The notes under the pieces: model-generated
What the model was told of the DNA's origin: nothing
The model's input: only the letters and a program-made list of their open reading frames with translations
Database searches by the model: none
Translations under genes and position numbers: made by a program
Shown here: piece after piece, positions 10,022-20,074 of the stretch
How the letters are laid out: each line of letters starts with the position of its first letter
How positions within the stretch are numbered: position 1 is the first letter of the stretch
Source: Flavobacteriales bacterium
Lineage (GTDB): Bacteria; Bacteroidota; Bacteroidia; Flavobacteriales; UBA7312
Assembly: GCA_965661505.1 (NCBI GenBank)
Contig: CBFIDX010000001.1
Location: forward strand, 41,384-105,383
DNA: 64,000 nt
Direction: 5' to 3'

Positions 10022-10677
10022 TATATGTTATTTTTAGCATGATCTTGCAAGAATTTTTCTAGGCCTTTATTGGTTAAATCATGTTTCAACAAGTCCAAAA
10101 TATGTGCTAGGGGAGTAGTAACAACATCTGCGCCAACTTGAGCACATTGTATGATGTGTTCTTGACTTCGGATGGAAGCAGCCAAGACCTGTGTTTGAAA
10201 AGAATAAATTTCATAAACATGACGAATTTGCTTGACTAAATCAATGCCTTTTTCTCCAATGTCATCAAGTCTTCCTATAAATGGTGATACATAAGTAGCC
10301 CCTGCTTTTGCAGCCAAAATTGCTTGTCCTATCGAAAACACTAGCGTGCAATTTGTTTTTATTTCTTTATTAGCAAAATAATTTATTGCTTTAACGCCTG
10401 CCTTTATCATAGGTATTTTTACCACAATTTGTGGATGAAGACTAGCTAATACTTCACCTTCTCGCACAATTCCTTCAAAATCAGTTGCAATTACTTCAGC
10501 ACTTACATCACCATTAACAATTTCACAAATACTTAGGTAATGATTTAGGATGTTTGCTTCTCCTTTTATTCCTTCTTTTGCCATTAAAGTTGGATTTGTC
10601 GTTACTCCATGAAGTATTCCTAAATCTTGAGCTTCTTGTATCTGTTTTAAATTGGCTGTATCTATAAAGAATTTCAT
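10021..10677 (-). CDS. fsa: Fructose-6-phosphate aldolase / transaldolase type 3B
   Basis: The Met at 10677 gives the canonical MKFFIDTANL N-terminus. The ORF-track start at 10734 would run into the SRP RNA gene. GVTTNPTL and VVKIP motifs are present. Confidence 0.85.
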   Translation of the reverse strand: MKFFIDTANLKQIQEAQDLGILHGVTTNPTLMAKEGIKGEANILNHYLSICEIVNGDVSAEVIATDFEGIVREGEVLASLHPQIVVKIPMIKAGVKAINYFANKEIKTNCTLVFSIGQAILAAKAGATYVSPFIGRLDDIGEKGIDLVKQIRHVYEIYSFQTQVLAASIRSQEHIIQCAQVGADVVTTPLAHILDLLKHDLTNKGLEKFLQDHAKNNI

Positions 10678-10719
10678 CCCATCAATAATTGCTGTCGAGT
10701 AAAGATAGGGAAAAAAGAA

Positions 10720-10816
10720 GGGCAAGCTACTCACATCGCATCGCTACAACCACATACCCTTGCTACCTTCCGGTCCTGGGGGAGTTCTGTAGGAGCTGAT
10801 CGTGTAAGACTTGCCC
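10720..10816 (-). ncRNA. ffs: Small (4.5S-type) signal recognition particle RNA
   Basis: Minus-strand sequence is gggcaagtcttacacgatcagctcctacagaactcccccaggaccggaaggtagcaagggtatgtggttgtagcgatgcgatgtgagtagcttgccc. It has the conserved helix-8 core CAGGACC-GGAA-GGUAGCA (GGAA tetraloop, CAGG/AGCA symmetric loop). The 5' GGGCAAG pairs with the 3' CUUGCCC. A U-run follows, and a TATATTTG box sits just upstream. Confidence 0.8.
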
Positions 10817-10821
10817 AATGG

Positions 10822-10829
10822 CAAATATA
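10822..10829 (-). promoter_or_regulatory. Bacteroidota -7 box (TATATTTG) for the SRP RNA
   Basis: Exact TAnnTTTG match on the minus strand, 5 nt upstream of the predicted RNA 5' end. Confidence 0.55.
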
Positions 10830-10890
10830 ATGCAATTGCTTGCGTTGTTAGCCTCTTTTTTTGACAAAATTTGATGGTGTTTTTTTTAAT

Positions 10891-10898
10891 TATATTTG
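10891..10898 (+). promoter_or_regulatory. Candidate -7 box (TATATTTG) for the DUF4199 gene
   Basis: Exact TAnnTTTG match 20 nt upstream of ATG 10919. It lies inside the ORF-track N-terminal extension. Confidence 0.45.
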
Positions 10899-10918
10899 TC
10901 CATAATCAAACTAGAGGT

Positions 10919-11440
10919 ATGAAAGATTTTGTTTTAAAAAATGGATTAACACTTGGTGCTATTCAAGTGGTTATGTTGTTTGTGTCCTATTTAATGGGCA
11001 TAGACTTTATGATGCAAACCTGGTGGGGTATTGTTCAGTTCGTCATTAGTTTAGGCCTTGTTGTTTACTTCGCTACTATCTTTCGTAGGGCACAAAGTGG
11101 ATATGCTAGCTTTAAAGAAATGTTTTCTATAAGCTTCGGCTTGTATGCTGCGAGTAGTTTTATTTTAACGTTTTTCAATATTTTATTGTATAATTTTATT
11201 GATTTAGAGTTTGCTGAAATGGCTAAAGAAGTGATTATTGAAAAAACTTACCAGATGATGGAAGGCTTTGGAGCTTCAGAGACAATGGTTGACGAAGCAA
11301 TAGAAGAAATAGAAAAGCAAGATAGTTTTTCTATAGCTAGTTTGGCCAAAGGGTATGTTTTTGGATTGCCAGTTTATATTGTCATTTCCTTAATTCTTGC
11401 GGCCTTTCTTAAAAGAAATAAACCTGAATTTGAGGCATAA
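10919..11440 (+). CDS. DUF4199-like membrane protein
   Basis: About 173 aa from MKDFVLKNG, with four hydrophobic segments. Precedes a GT2 gene as in many Flavobacteriia. The TTG 10871 extension is rejected because of the internal promoter box. Confidence 0.5.
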   Translation: MKDFVLKNGLTLGAIQVVMLFVSYLMGIDFMMQTWWGIVQFVISLGLVVYFATIFRRAQSGYASFKEMFSISFGLYAASSFILTFFNILLYNFIDLEFAEMAKEVIIEKTYQMMEGFGASETMVDEAIEEIEKQDSFSIASLAKGYVFGLPVYIVISLILAAFLKRNKPEFEA

Positions 11441-12388
11441 ATGAATGTATCTATTATAGTACCATCTTACAATGAATCGGAATCTTTGCCTGAGTTATGC
11501 TCTTGGATAGATAAGGTAATGCAGGCCAACAAGTTTAGCTACGAAATCATTGTTGTTGATGATGGTAGTACTGATGATTCATGGTCTGTTTTAAAAGAAT
11601 TGTCATTGAATAATAATTTTGTAAAAGGAATTAAGTTTAGACGAAATTATGGTAAGTCGGCAGCTCTTAACAGGGGTTTTGAAAAAGCACAAGGAGAGGT
11701 AGTGATAACTATGGATGCTGATTTGCAAGATAGCCCAGAAGAAATACCTGAGCTATATCGAATGATTACTGTAGAGGGTTTAGACATGGTTTCGGGATGG
11801 AAACAAAAAAGATATGATCCAATCACAAAAACCATTCCTACCAAACTTTATAATTGGGCGGCTCGCAAAGCATCAGGAATTTATTTGCACGATTTTAACT
11901 GTGGATTAAAGGCCTATAGAAAAGTTGTAATTAAAAGCATAGAGGTGTATGGTGAAATGCATCGTTATATCCCGATGTTATCCAAGCGAGCTGGATTTCC
12001 AAAAATTGGAGAAAAAGTTGTGGAACACCAAGCCAGAAAATATGGAGTTACTAAATTCGGATTAGAACGCTTTGTCAATGGCTTTCTAGATTTGATGACG
12101 GTTACATTTCTTTCAAGGTTTGGTAAAAAACCAATGCACTTTTTTGGTGTGTTAGGGACACTAATGTTTATGCTTGGTTTTATTCTCTTTACGTACATTG
12201 GAGGTGCAAAGCTCTATTATATGTACATAAATGTAAGTGCTAAAAACATTGCTGAAATGAGTAGCTTCTATATTGCTTTGACATCCATGATAATGGGTTT
12301 ACAACTTTTTTTAGCAGGTTTTATAGGAGAGATGTTATCCAGACAAGCTCATGATCGTAATCTCTATTATATTGAAGAAGAGCTTTAG
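11441..12388 (+). CDS. Family 2 glycosyltransferase (polyprenol-phosphate sugar transferase-like)
   Basis: 315 aa. VPSYNE and IIVVDDGS motifs, DxD motif DADLQD, two C-terminal TM helices. Confidence 0.85.
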   Translation: MNVSIIVPSYNESESLPELCSWIDKVMQANKFSYEIIVVDDGSTDDSWSVLKELSLNNNFVKGIKFRRNYGKSAALNRGFEKAQGEVVITMDADLQDSPEEIPELYRMITVEGLDMVSGWKQKRYDPITKTIPTKLYNWAARKASGIYLHDFNCGLKAYRKVVIKSIEVYGEMHRYIPMLSKRAGFPKIGEKVVEHQARKYGVTKFGLERFVNGFLDLMTVTFLSRFGKKPMHFFGVLGTLMFMLGFILFTYIGGAKLYYMYINVSAKNIAEMSSFYIALTSMIMGLQLFLAGFIGEMLSRQAHDRNLYYIEEEL

Positions 12389-13512
12389 TGGGTAAGCCTA
12401 AAAATATCATTGTTGGTCCAGCATTCCCTTTACGTGGTGGGATAGCCAACTTTAATAATGCGCTTTGTAAGGCTTTTATAAACGAAGGTATATATTCTCA
12501 GATTTATTCTTTTTCATTGCAATACCCATCCTTTCTTTTTCCAGGAAAGACGCAGTTTGAAAATGGAAAACCACCCAAAGGATTTCAAATAAAAACAATT
12601 ATAAACTCAATCAATCCGTATAATTGGTGGAAGGTTGCTAGGGCTATTCGTAAAGAGAATCCAGATTACATAATTATCCGTTATTGGTTGCCTTTTATGG
12701 CGCCTTGTTTAGGCAGTATAGCCAGAATGGTAAAATGGAATACGAACATTCAGGTTTTAGCCATTACGGATAACGTAATTCCTCATGAAAAACGATTAGG
12801 AGATAATTTTTTAACCTCTTACTTTGTAAAATCATGCCATGGTTTCCTCACTCTTTCTACAAGTGTATTAGACGATTTATCAAAGTTTACAAATTGTACT
12901 AACAAGAAATTCATTCCACACCCCATATATGATATTTTTGGCGATAGAGTACAGAAAGCCGCTGCAATTCAGCAATTGGATTTAGATGCTGATAATAAGC
13001 ATTTGCTTTTTTTTGGTTTTATACGAAAGTATAAAGGCTTAGACATCTTGCTAAAAGCAATGGCTGATGTGCGTTTAAAGGGAGTGAAGCTAATTATAGC
13101 TGGTGAATTTTATGATGATCCACAGGAGTATTTGGATTTGATTTCTGAGTTAGGTATTCAAGATCAAGTTATTTTAAAAAGCGACTTCATCCCTTCAGAT
13201 CAAGTAAAGTATTATTTCTGTGCTTCTGATATGGTGGTACAAACATATAAAACAGCAACTCAAAGTGGTGTTACTCAAATTGGTTATCATTTTGAACGCC
13301 CTATGTTAGTTACCGATGTCGGTGGATTAGCGGAAATTATTCCTCACCACAAAGTAGGTTATGTAACTGAGGTAAGCCCTGTTGCTGTGGCTGATGCAAT
13401 TATTGATTTTTACGCTAATAATAGAGAGCAAGAATTTGCTGAAAACACAAAGAAAGAAAAGCAGCGCTTCAGCTGGAAAAACCTTGTTCATACCATTCAT
13501 GAAATGGCTTAA
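12388..13512 (+). CDS. Family 4 (GT-B) glycosyltransferase
   Basis: 374 aa. GTG start overlaps the GT2 TAG stop by 1 nt. C-terminal GT-B nucleotide-sugar region (GFIRKYKG, VGGLAEII). Confidence 0.8.
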   Translation: MGKPKNIIVGPAFPLRGGIANFNNALCKAFINEGIYSQIYSFSLQYPSFLFPGKTQFENGKPPKGFQIKTIINSINPYNWWKVARAIRKENPDYIIIRYWLPFMAPCLGSIARMVKWNTNIQVLAITDNVIPHEKRLGDNFLTSYFVKSCHGFLTLSTSVLDDLSKFTNCTNKKFIPHPIYDIFGDRVQKAAAIQQLDLDADNKHLLFFGFIRKYKGLDILLKAMADVRLKGVKLIIAGEFYDDPQEYLDLISELGIQDQVILKSDFIPSDQVKYYFCASDMVVQTYKTATQSGVTQIGYHFERPMLVTDVGGLAEIIPHHKVGYVTEVSPVAVADAIIDFYANNREQEFAENTKKEKQRFSWKNLVHTIHEMA

Positions 13513-14945
13513 TTGTTTTTCAATTTTCTAATTTTTATCCCAAGGTATCCATATAAAATGGTCATAAAAGGACTAATAATATTGAAGAAACAATAGGGTA
13601 GGTATGCAAAGGTCGCAACGCCCAAAACAGCTGATTGTGTAGCCCCACAAGTATTCCAAGGAATAAGTACCGAAGTAACAGTTCCGCTGTCTTCTAATGT
13701 TCTACTCAAATTTTCAGGAGCTAAGCCTTTTTCCTTAAAAGTATCTGCATACATTCTTCCAGGCACAACAATGCTTAAATACTGATCACTGGCAGTAACA
13801 TTGAAAAATAAGCAAGTGCATGCAGTAGTTGCAATAACAGAGCCTGTGTTTTTAGCATATTGTATTATTCCTGAACTTATGCGATGCAAGAGTCCAGTAG
13901 CTTCCATTACTCCTCCGAACATCATGGCACATAGGATTAGCCAAATGGTATTAAGCATTCCGTACATTCCACCAGTAGAAAGTAAATCGTTAATCATTTC
14001 GTTTGTTGTAGTGATTGAGATTTCACTTCCCATAGCGTTTATGACAGCTACATAAGAAGCTTGAATAAAATTATTTTCGACTCCAGAAATTTGAGTGATG
14101 ATGTGTGGTTGAAAAATAACAGCAAACAAGCCTCCCATTAGCGTACCCACTAAAAGTGCTGGCAGGGCAGGGATCTTTTTGATGATCATAAAAATAACAC
14201 TGATAGGAACTAAGAATAGCCATGGAGATATGACAAAGCTATTATCAATCGCAATTAAAAGTTCTTGAATGTTTTGTGTGTTGCTTTCCGAAACGCTAAA
14301 GCCCAAGAAAAGAAAAATAATAAGTGTTATGATAAAGCTAGGGATGGTTGTGTACATCATGTAACGAATATGTGTAAACAAATCTGTTCCAGCCATAGCT
14401 GGCGCCAAGTTAGTCGTATCTGAAAGTGGTGACATTTTATCTCCAAAATAGGCGCCAGAAATAATGGCTCCACCAATTAATCCTTCTGAAATCCCCAATG
14501 CTTTTCCAATTCCTAATAAAGCAATTCCGATGGTTGCAATGGTTGACCAAGAACTTCCGCTAGCTAATGAAACAATAGCGCAGACGATACAAGTAGCTAC
14601 AAGAAAAACTTTTGGATTTAATATTTGCAAGCCATAATAAATCATAGCAGGTACAATTCCACTTATTAGCCAAGTTCCTGCTAAAGAGCCAATAAGTAGT
14701 AGAATAATAATGGCCGGAGTTGTGGATGCAATACTTTTGCTTACTCCATCGATAATCGATTTCCAAGAACTGCCATTTTTAATGCCTACTATGCTTGCAA
14801 GTGCTGCGGTTAGTAATAAGGTAAGTTGATTAGCCCCACCCAGAGAATCATCACCATATAGAAAAACATTAGTTGCTAGTAACGCAATTAAAACAAGAAT
14901 AGGAAAGAGTGCCCAAAAAAATGAAATTTTTTTATGTTCCATCAA
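13509..14945 (-). CDS. nhaC: Na+/H+ antiporter NhaC family
   Basis: 478 aa polytopic membrane protein with NhaC-like organisation and length. Confidence 0.8.
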   Translation of the reverse strand: MMEHKKISFFWALFPILVLIALLATNVFLYGDDSLGGANQLTLLLTAALASIVGIKNGSSWKSIIDGVSKSIASTTPAIIILLLIGSLAGTWLISGIVPAMIYYGLQILNPKVFLVATCIVCAIVSLASGSSWSTIATIGIALLGIGKALGISEGLIGGAIISGAYFGDKMSPLSDTTNLAPAMAGTDLFTHIRYMMYTTIPSFIITLIIFLFLGFSVSESNTQNIQELLIAIDNSFVISPWLFLVPISVIFMIIKKIPALPALLVGTLMGGLFAVIFQPHIITQISGVENNFIQASYVAVINAMGSEISITTTNEMINDLLSTGGMYGMLNTIWLILCAMMFGGVMEATGLLHRISSGIIQYAKNTGSVIATTACTCLFFNVTASDQYLSIVVPGRMYADTFKEKGLAPENLSRTLEDSGTVTSVLIPWNTCGATQSAVLGVATFAYLPYCFFNIISPFMTILYGYLGIKIRKLKNN

Positions 14946-15016
14946 AATCTATAATTTCCGTAAAGATAACAATCGGCTATTCAATAACAAGGACAATCCA
15001 AAACCTTACTATTTTT

Positions 15017-16240
15017 TTACAATGTATTTAACTGTTCTTGTAAGATTCCTGTTTCTTGCATGCAGGATTTTACTTTTTGAAAAGTACGTTCTATATCGTT
15101 GTCTAAGCCAATAGACATACGAACCATGCCTTCTGAAAGCCCCATTGTAGCCTGTTCATCTTCAGGGATTTCAGAAGAAGTACTTGCTCCAGGAGCACTG
15201 AATAATGTTTTGTAAAAACCCAAGCTAACTGCTAAGTAGCCAATATTGTTGTTTTGCATGGACTCCATCAACTGATAAGCTTTTCGCATATCTCCAACAT
15301 CGATCATTAGCATACCTCCAAAACCAAACTCTTCATTAATGCTAGCTTTCATCAAATCGTGTTGAGGATGATTTGGTAAACCAGGATAAAACACTTTTAG
15401 TCCTAAGCTTTGAAATTTTTCAGCCAAATAGTGAGCGTTTTTACTGTGTTGTTTCATTCTCACATGTAGTGTTCTCACATTTTTAAGAATACTATTGGCT
15501 CTTAACGCATCCATAGTGGGTCCCAAAAGCATAGATGCACCATTATTTACATCAATTAATTGATGTATAAATTCTGCATCTGCACATATAACTCCACCAA
15601 CAGTGTCACTTGCTCCATTAATAAACTTTGTAAGAGAGTGAATGACTACATCGGCTCCTAATTCTTTTGGAGAAAAGATAAGAGGAGTAAAAGTATTGTC
15701 TACCACTAGTTTAAGTTTGTATTTTTTTGCTAATTCTGCAATGGCTTTGATATCTGCAATTTCTAACAAAGGGTTGCTCATAGTTTCGCAGTATATCAAC
15801 TTAGTATTTGGAGTAATCGCTGATTCAATGGCTTCAAGGTCTGTTGTATTAATAAAGCTTGTAGAGATGGTTAGCTTTGGTAGAAAATTTTTCATAAAAG
15901 CATATGTTCCTCCGTATATGGTGCGGCTACTAACAATATGGTCTCCAGCACAACAAATTTGTAGTAAAACAGAGGTTATAGCACCCATTCCGGAGGCTGC
16001 AACCTGTGCTGCTTCGGTATTTTCCATATTTGCTATGACTTCTGCTAAATAGCCTGTGCTAGGATTCATGTGGCGGGAGTAGAGATAACACCCTTCTCGT
16101 TCTCCTCCAAAAACTTCTTCCATCGTCTTACCTGCCATGTAAGTAAAAGTAGATGAGTCCGCGATGGATGGGTTTACTCCACCATACTCTCCAAAGTACT
16201 GGATATCTTGTATGCTATCAGCTGGTTTATGTTTCTTCAT
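15017..16240 (-). CDS. Cys/Met-metabolism PLP-dependent enzyme (methionine gamma-lyase family)
   Basis: 407 aa. PLP-lysine motif HSLTKFINGASD and YSRHMNPS segment. Confidence 0.8.
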   Translation of the reverse strand: MKKHKPADSIQDIQYFGEYGGVNPSIADSSTFTYMAGKTMEEVFGGEREGCYLYSRHMNPSTGYLAEVIANMENTEAAQVAASGMGAITSVLLQICCAGDHIVSSRTIYGGTYAFMKNFLPKLTISTSFINTTDLEAIESAITPNTKLIYCETMSNPLLEIADIKAIAELAKKYKLKLVVDNTFTPLIFSPKELGADVVIHSLTKFINGASDTVGGVICADAEFIHQLIDVNNGASMLLGPTMDALRANSILKNVRTLHVRMKQHSKNAHYLAEKFQSLGLKVFYPGLPNHPQHDLMKASINEEFGFGGMLMIDVGDMRKAYQLMESMQNNNIGYLAVSLGFYKTLFSAPGASTSSEIPEDEQATMGLSEGMVRMSIGLDNDIERTFQKVKSCMQETGILQEQLNTL

Positions 16241-16295
16241 AAGAGTTTATAAAAATTAAAAATAAATTGTCCGAATGTAGATTTAGAGAGGGTGA

Positions 16296-18704
16296 TTAGC
16301 TAAAGATTTTTCTCAAACTAGATTTATTCTTGTTTTTATCTTCGTCATAGTATCCGTACCCGTACCCGTATCCATATCCGTATCCAACACTATTTTCATC
16401 AATATCATTAACAATTAAATTAATGTGTTTTAATTCTTTTTGACTAAACAGCGTAGTGACATGATCCAACATACTTTTTGTGGAATAGTTCTGCCTAATT
16501 ATATATAAATTAACATCTGTGTGTTTCATCAGTATCAACCCGTCGGTAACCAATCCAATGGGAGGTGTATCAATAATGATGTACTTATACTTTTTTTGTA
16601 AATCTTTTAATAACAAATTCATTATATCCTTATCTAACAATTCGGCAGGATTTGGAGGTGTTGGACCTGAAAGAATTACGTCAAGATTGCTAATGTCCGA
16701 TTTTTGTATAATCTCGCTTTTATTTGCTTGATTACTTAAGAAATTACTTAAACCAATTGTGTTTTGAAGCTTGAAGTCGTGAAAAATTTTAGGTTTACGC
16801 ATGTCTGCACCAATCAAGATTGTTTTACTTCCTGAAAGAGCAAAAACAGTGGCTAAGTTCATTGAACAAAACGTTTTTCCCTCACCACTAATAGAGGAAG
16901 TAATACTAATGATTTTACTTTCTTTCTCGGAGTTTAAGTATTGAATATTGGTTCTTATAGATCTAAATGCTTCGGATATTGCTGATTTTGGATTATTAAG
17001 GACAACCAAATTAGAGCTTTTATCGCTGTGTATTATATTACCAAGTAAAGGGAGGTTTGTAATTTTTTCAATATCGTGTCTACTTGTTATTTTATCGTTA
17101 AAAAAATCTCTAATGGTAACCCATAATGTAGGCATTATAAAACCTAAAAGTAAGGCAAAGAGATAATTCATCTTTTTCTTAGGGTTTATTGGTAGTTTGT
17201 TGTCAAGCCTAGCAATGTCTAGCACTTTATGATCGGCAACATTTCCAGCAAGAGCAATGGCAGCTTCCGATCTCTTCTCTAGAAGGTAGGTATAAATAGA
17301 TTCGTTTAAATTAAATTTTCTTTTAATATTTACTAATACACGTTCGTTTTTAGGTAGATTATATATTAAAGATTCTTCTCTTTTTATTCGCTGGTTAATG
17401 CTGCTAATAGCTATGTTAGAAGTACTTATAATGTTGTTTACGTTTTCAATCAAGCTCTTTTTAGTATTTTCAATTCTTTCTATGACATTTTGAAAAACAG
17501 GATGCTGAGAACTTGTGTTTAATGATAAGCTGGCTTTTTCAGCATATAGCTTTGTTAAATCGTTTATTAAACTATTTAGCAATGGATCTTCAATTCCCAT
17601 AGCTGATGGAGCAATTATATTATTTATATCATCATTGGATGTAAGGTAGTTAAGCAATGCTCTGTAATACTTGTCATTTACTTCTAGTATAGAACGTTCT
17701 TTTTCGAGTTGTTCGATTTGATAGAAAGTCCCATATTCTTTGTAAGATAGCTCTAGTTTAGGATTACTTTCTTTAAAACGTTCAAGCTGATTTTCAGCAT
17801 ATATCAAAGAGTCAGAAATTTCATCCAACTGTGCGTTAATAAATGTGATGGTGTTAGCAGCCATTTGGTTCTTTTCATTTAATCCAAGCCCAAGATAGTT
17901 TTGGGCAAGTTTATCTAAAAAGTCGATTTCCTTCTGAATAACTTCTCCTTTACTAGTTATTTTAATGATTGAAGATTCTTTATCGATTGGGCCAACTGAT
18001 AAATTTTTTAACCTGCTTGTTGTAAGGTTAGTAATGTCATGAAAAACAAAATAGTACTCTTTGTCAATAAATGTGGAGTCGAAAATAGCTTGTTTTTCTA
18101 TTGTAAATGCAAAATGATCTGTTTCAATCTTTTCACCAAACCTATGTTTTTGGTTATACTTAAAACTAACTTTAGTTTGCTTTGTGAAGGATTTTTGTTT
18201 TGGTTGGTACTGCCTTATTTTTGAGGCTTTTGTAGTGATTTCAAAAGTGTTGTCGCTCAATACATAAATATTAAAAGCAATTCCAAGTGATTGTGTTTTA
18301 GAAGAATCTATATTGGCAGAGAAAGGCACGTTTCTGTAAACCTCAGCGGTTCTAATATTGCCTAGATGAAAATAGGAAGTTTGAAATCCTAGGTCTTGAA
18401 TTGTTTTTGAAACTAAATCAAATGATTCTAAAATTCCAATTTCATTTTTTAAGTTTTTCTTACCACTGAAAAGCTCTAGCCCTTCTAGTAGGTTTTCAGC
18501 ACCTAAAGATGAGTTGCTGTCATCTCTTATTAATACGGTTGTTGAGGCACTGTATATGGGAGTAGCATATCGATTGAACAGAAAAGCACAAAAAAGGAAA
18601 AATAAAGTACAAAGCAGAAAATAATACCAATATCTGCTGTACTTAAGTAAGACTTCTTTAATGTTTACCGTTTCTTCTTCTTTATTTTTATAATCTTCTA
18701 TCAT
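16296..18704 (-). CDS. wzc: Polysaccharide biosynthesis tyrosine autokinase (Wzc/GumC-type)
   Basis: 802 aa. Wzz-like N-terminal domain with two TM segments and coiled coil, Walker A SGEGKTF, C-terminal Tyr cluster VGYGYGYGYGYGYY. Confidence 0.9.
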   Translation of the reverse strand: MIEDYKNKEEETVNIKEVLLKYSRYWYYFLLCTLFFLFCAFLFNRYATPIYSASTTVLIRDDSNSSLGAENLLEGLELFSGKKNLKNEIGILESFDLVSKTIQDLGFQTSYFHLGNIRTAEVYRNVPFSANIDSSKTQSLGIAFNIYVLSDNTFEITTKASKIRQYQPKQKSFTKQTKVSFKYNQKHRFGEKIETDHFAFTIEKQAIFDSTFIDKEYYFVFHDITNLTTSRLKNLSVGPIDKESSIIKITSKGEVIQKEIDFLDKLAQNYLGLGLNEKNQMAANTITFINAQLDEISDSLIYAENQLERFKESNPKLELSYKEYGTFYQIEQLEKERSILEVNDKYYRALLNYLTSNDDINNIIAPSAMGIEDPLLNSLINDLTKLYAEKASLSLNTSSQHPVFQNVIERIENTKKSLIENVNNIISTSNIAISSINQRIKREESLIYNLPKNERVLVNIKRKFNLNESIYTYLLEKRSEAAIALAGNVADHKVLDIARLDNKLPINPKKKMNYLFALLLGFIMPTLWVTIRDFFNDKITSRHDIEKITNLPLLGNIIHSDKSSNLVVLNNPKSAISEAFRSIRTNIQYLNSEKESKIISITSSISGEGKTFCSMNLATVFALSGSKTILIGADMRKPKIFHDFKLQNTIGLSNFLSNQANKSEIIQKSDISNLDVILSGPTPPNPAELLDKDIMNLLLKDLQKKYKYIIIDTPPIGLVTDGLILMKHTDVNLYIIRQNYSTKSMLDHVTTLFSQKELKHINLIVNDIDENSVGYGYGYGYGYGYYDEDKNKNKSSLRKIFS

Positions 18705-19453
18705 TAATAAATGCCCATGATTCTTAGTACTATGTTTGCTACAAGCGCAACGCTTGATACACCTGAAAGATAGATTTGAGCTTTTGAGTTTCGCATTCTC
18801 ATTTCTCTAGTTGGCTCAACATACAGTACATCGCCAGGTTTTAAGTAAAGTTTATCAGAGGATAATATGTTGGCATCGGTAATGTTTATAAGCGTAACTT
18901 CTTTTCCACTGATCTTTTTTATGTTAAATCTTTTTCCATAGTCGGTTAAGTCTCCAGCTAATCCAATAGCTTCAAAAACCGTTATGTTATCATTGTAGAT
19001 TGTATAATTTCCGGGTCTATTTACCTCGCCGAGTATAGTGATTTCAAAATTTATATGTTTAACAATAACTGTGGCATTTAAAATAAAATCATTGGCTTTG
19101 GCTTGTATTAGGTTTTTAACTTCCTCAATTGTCAACTCTTTCACATAAAAAGTTCCTAGTATAGGAATTTCTATTAAACCCTTTGAATTCACAGTAAACC
19201 CATTCATGTATAGGTTTGCAGCAGTTGATTGTGTGTTATTGGCGTTATTCTCCACATTAAAAATATCAAAAGCATCTTCTTGAATACCTAATATTTTGAT
19301 ATGAAGTATATCGCCAACTTGTAACTTGTAGGGTGCATAGGTGGCCTCTGATTGCTCTAGATTAGTTGTGTCATTTAAATAAATGATTTTGTTCATGGGA
19401 GTACAGGAAAATAATACAGAAAAAATCAACAAACAAAAAATGCTTTGTTTCAT
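18704..19453 (-). CDS. wza: Polysaccharide export outer-membrane protein (Wza family)
   Basis: 249 aa. Lipoprotein signal (LFSC), Poly_export and SLBB-like segments (YKLQVGDILHIKI, YLKPGDVLYV). Its stop overlaps the wzc start by 1 nt. Confidence 0.85.
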   Translation of the reverse strand: MKQSIFCLLIFSVLFSCTPMNKIIYLNDTTNLEQSEATYAPYKLQVGDILHIKILGIQEDAFDIFNVENNANNTQSTAANLYMNGFTVNSKGLIEIPILGTFYVKELTIEEVKNLIQAKANDFILNATVIVKHINFEITILGEVNRPGNYTIYNDNITVFEAIGLAGDLTDYGKRFNIKKISGKEVTLINITDANILSSDKLYLKPGDVLYVEPTREMRMRNSKAQIYLSGVSSVALVANIVLRIMGIY

Positions 19454-19498
19454 AACATCATCTAATTGATACTAAACAAAAATACTAAAATAAATCTG

Positions 19499-20074
19499 TT
19501 AGAACAGAAGGAGCTCTTGATATAACCTGCTAACAGGTAGTCCAACTACATTGTGGTAGCATCCGCTAATTTCTTTTACGCCTATGTAACCGATCCATTC
19601 TTGTATTCCATATGATCCTGCTTTGTCATATGGTTTAAAATTTGACACATAATAATCAATCTCTTCACTAGTCAGTTTGCGAAAGTTGACTAAGGTTGTT
19701 ACTGAAAAATCAATTTTCTTTTTTTGAGATTTTAAACACACCCCAGTACATACGGAATGTGTTTTTCCTGATAAAGCATTCAACATAAAAGTGGCTTCCT
19801 TTGTGTTTTTAGGTTTGCAAAAAATCTCATCTTCTAGTATGACGGTAGTATCTGCTGTAATAAGAAGTTCATCTTCCTCTAAAATAAAGCTATCGGCCTT
19901 TTTTTTTGCTAAAAAACGTGCAACACTAAAAACATCGACTTGAGGAGGATAGTTCTCTGCAACCTCTTGCTCTCTTATTTGAAAGGGTAAACCAATCTCT
20001 TTCAATAATTCTCTTCTTCTTGGAGATTTTGAAGCAAGTATTATTTTTTTGTTTATCAGTTTTGTGCTAATCAT
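19499..20074 (-). CDS. maf: Maf-like nucleoside triphosphate pyrophosphatase
   Basis: 191 aa. ILASKSPRRRELL N-terminus, and the KAGSYGIQ motif. Confidence 0.9.
   Translation of the reverse strand: MISTKLINKKIILASKSPRRRELLKEIGLPFQIREQEVAENYPPQVDVFSVARFLAKKKADSFILEEDELLITADTTVILEDEIFCKPKNTKEATFMLNALSGKTHSVCTGVCLKSQKKKIDFSVTTLVNFRKLTSEEIDYYVSNFKPYDKAGSYGIQEWIGYIGVKEISGCYHNVVGLPVSRLYQELLLF

Noticed and set aside
10678-10734. ORF-track N-terminal extensions of fsa (to 10734), DUF4199 (from 10871), ccsBA (from 22254), the FAD oxidase (from 39007), the Cys-rich lipoprotein (from 49734) and the M1 peptidase (from 50488)
   Set aside because: Each extension contains an RNA gene, a TAnnTTTG promoter box or a Rho-independent terminator. 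An internal ATG in each case gives the family-typical N-terminus or signal peptide.
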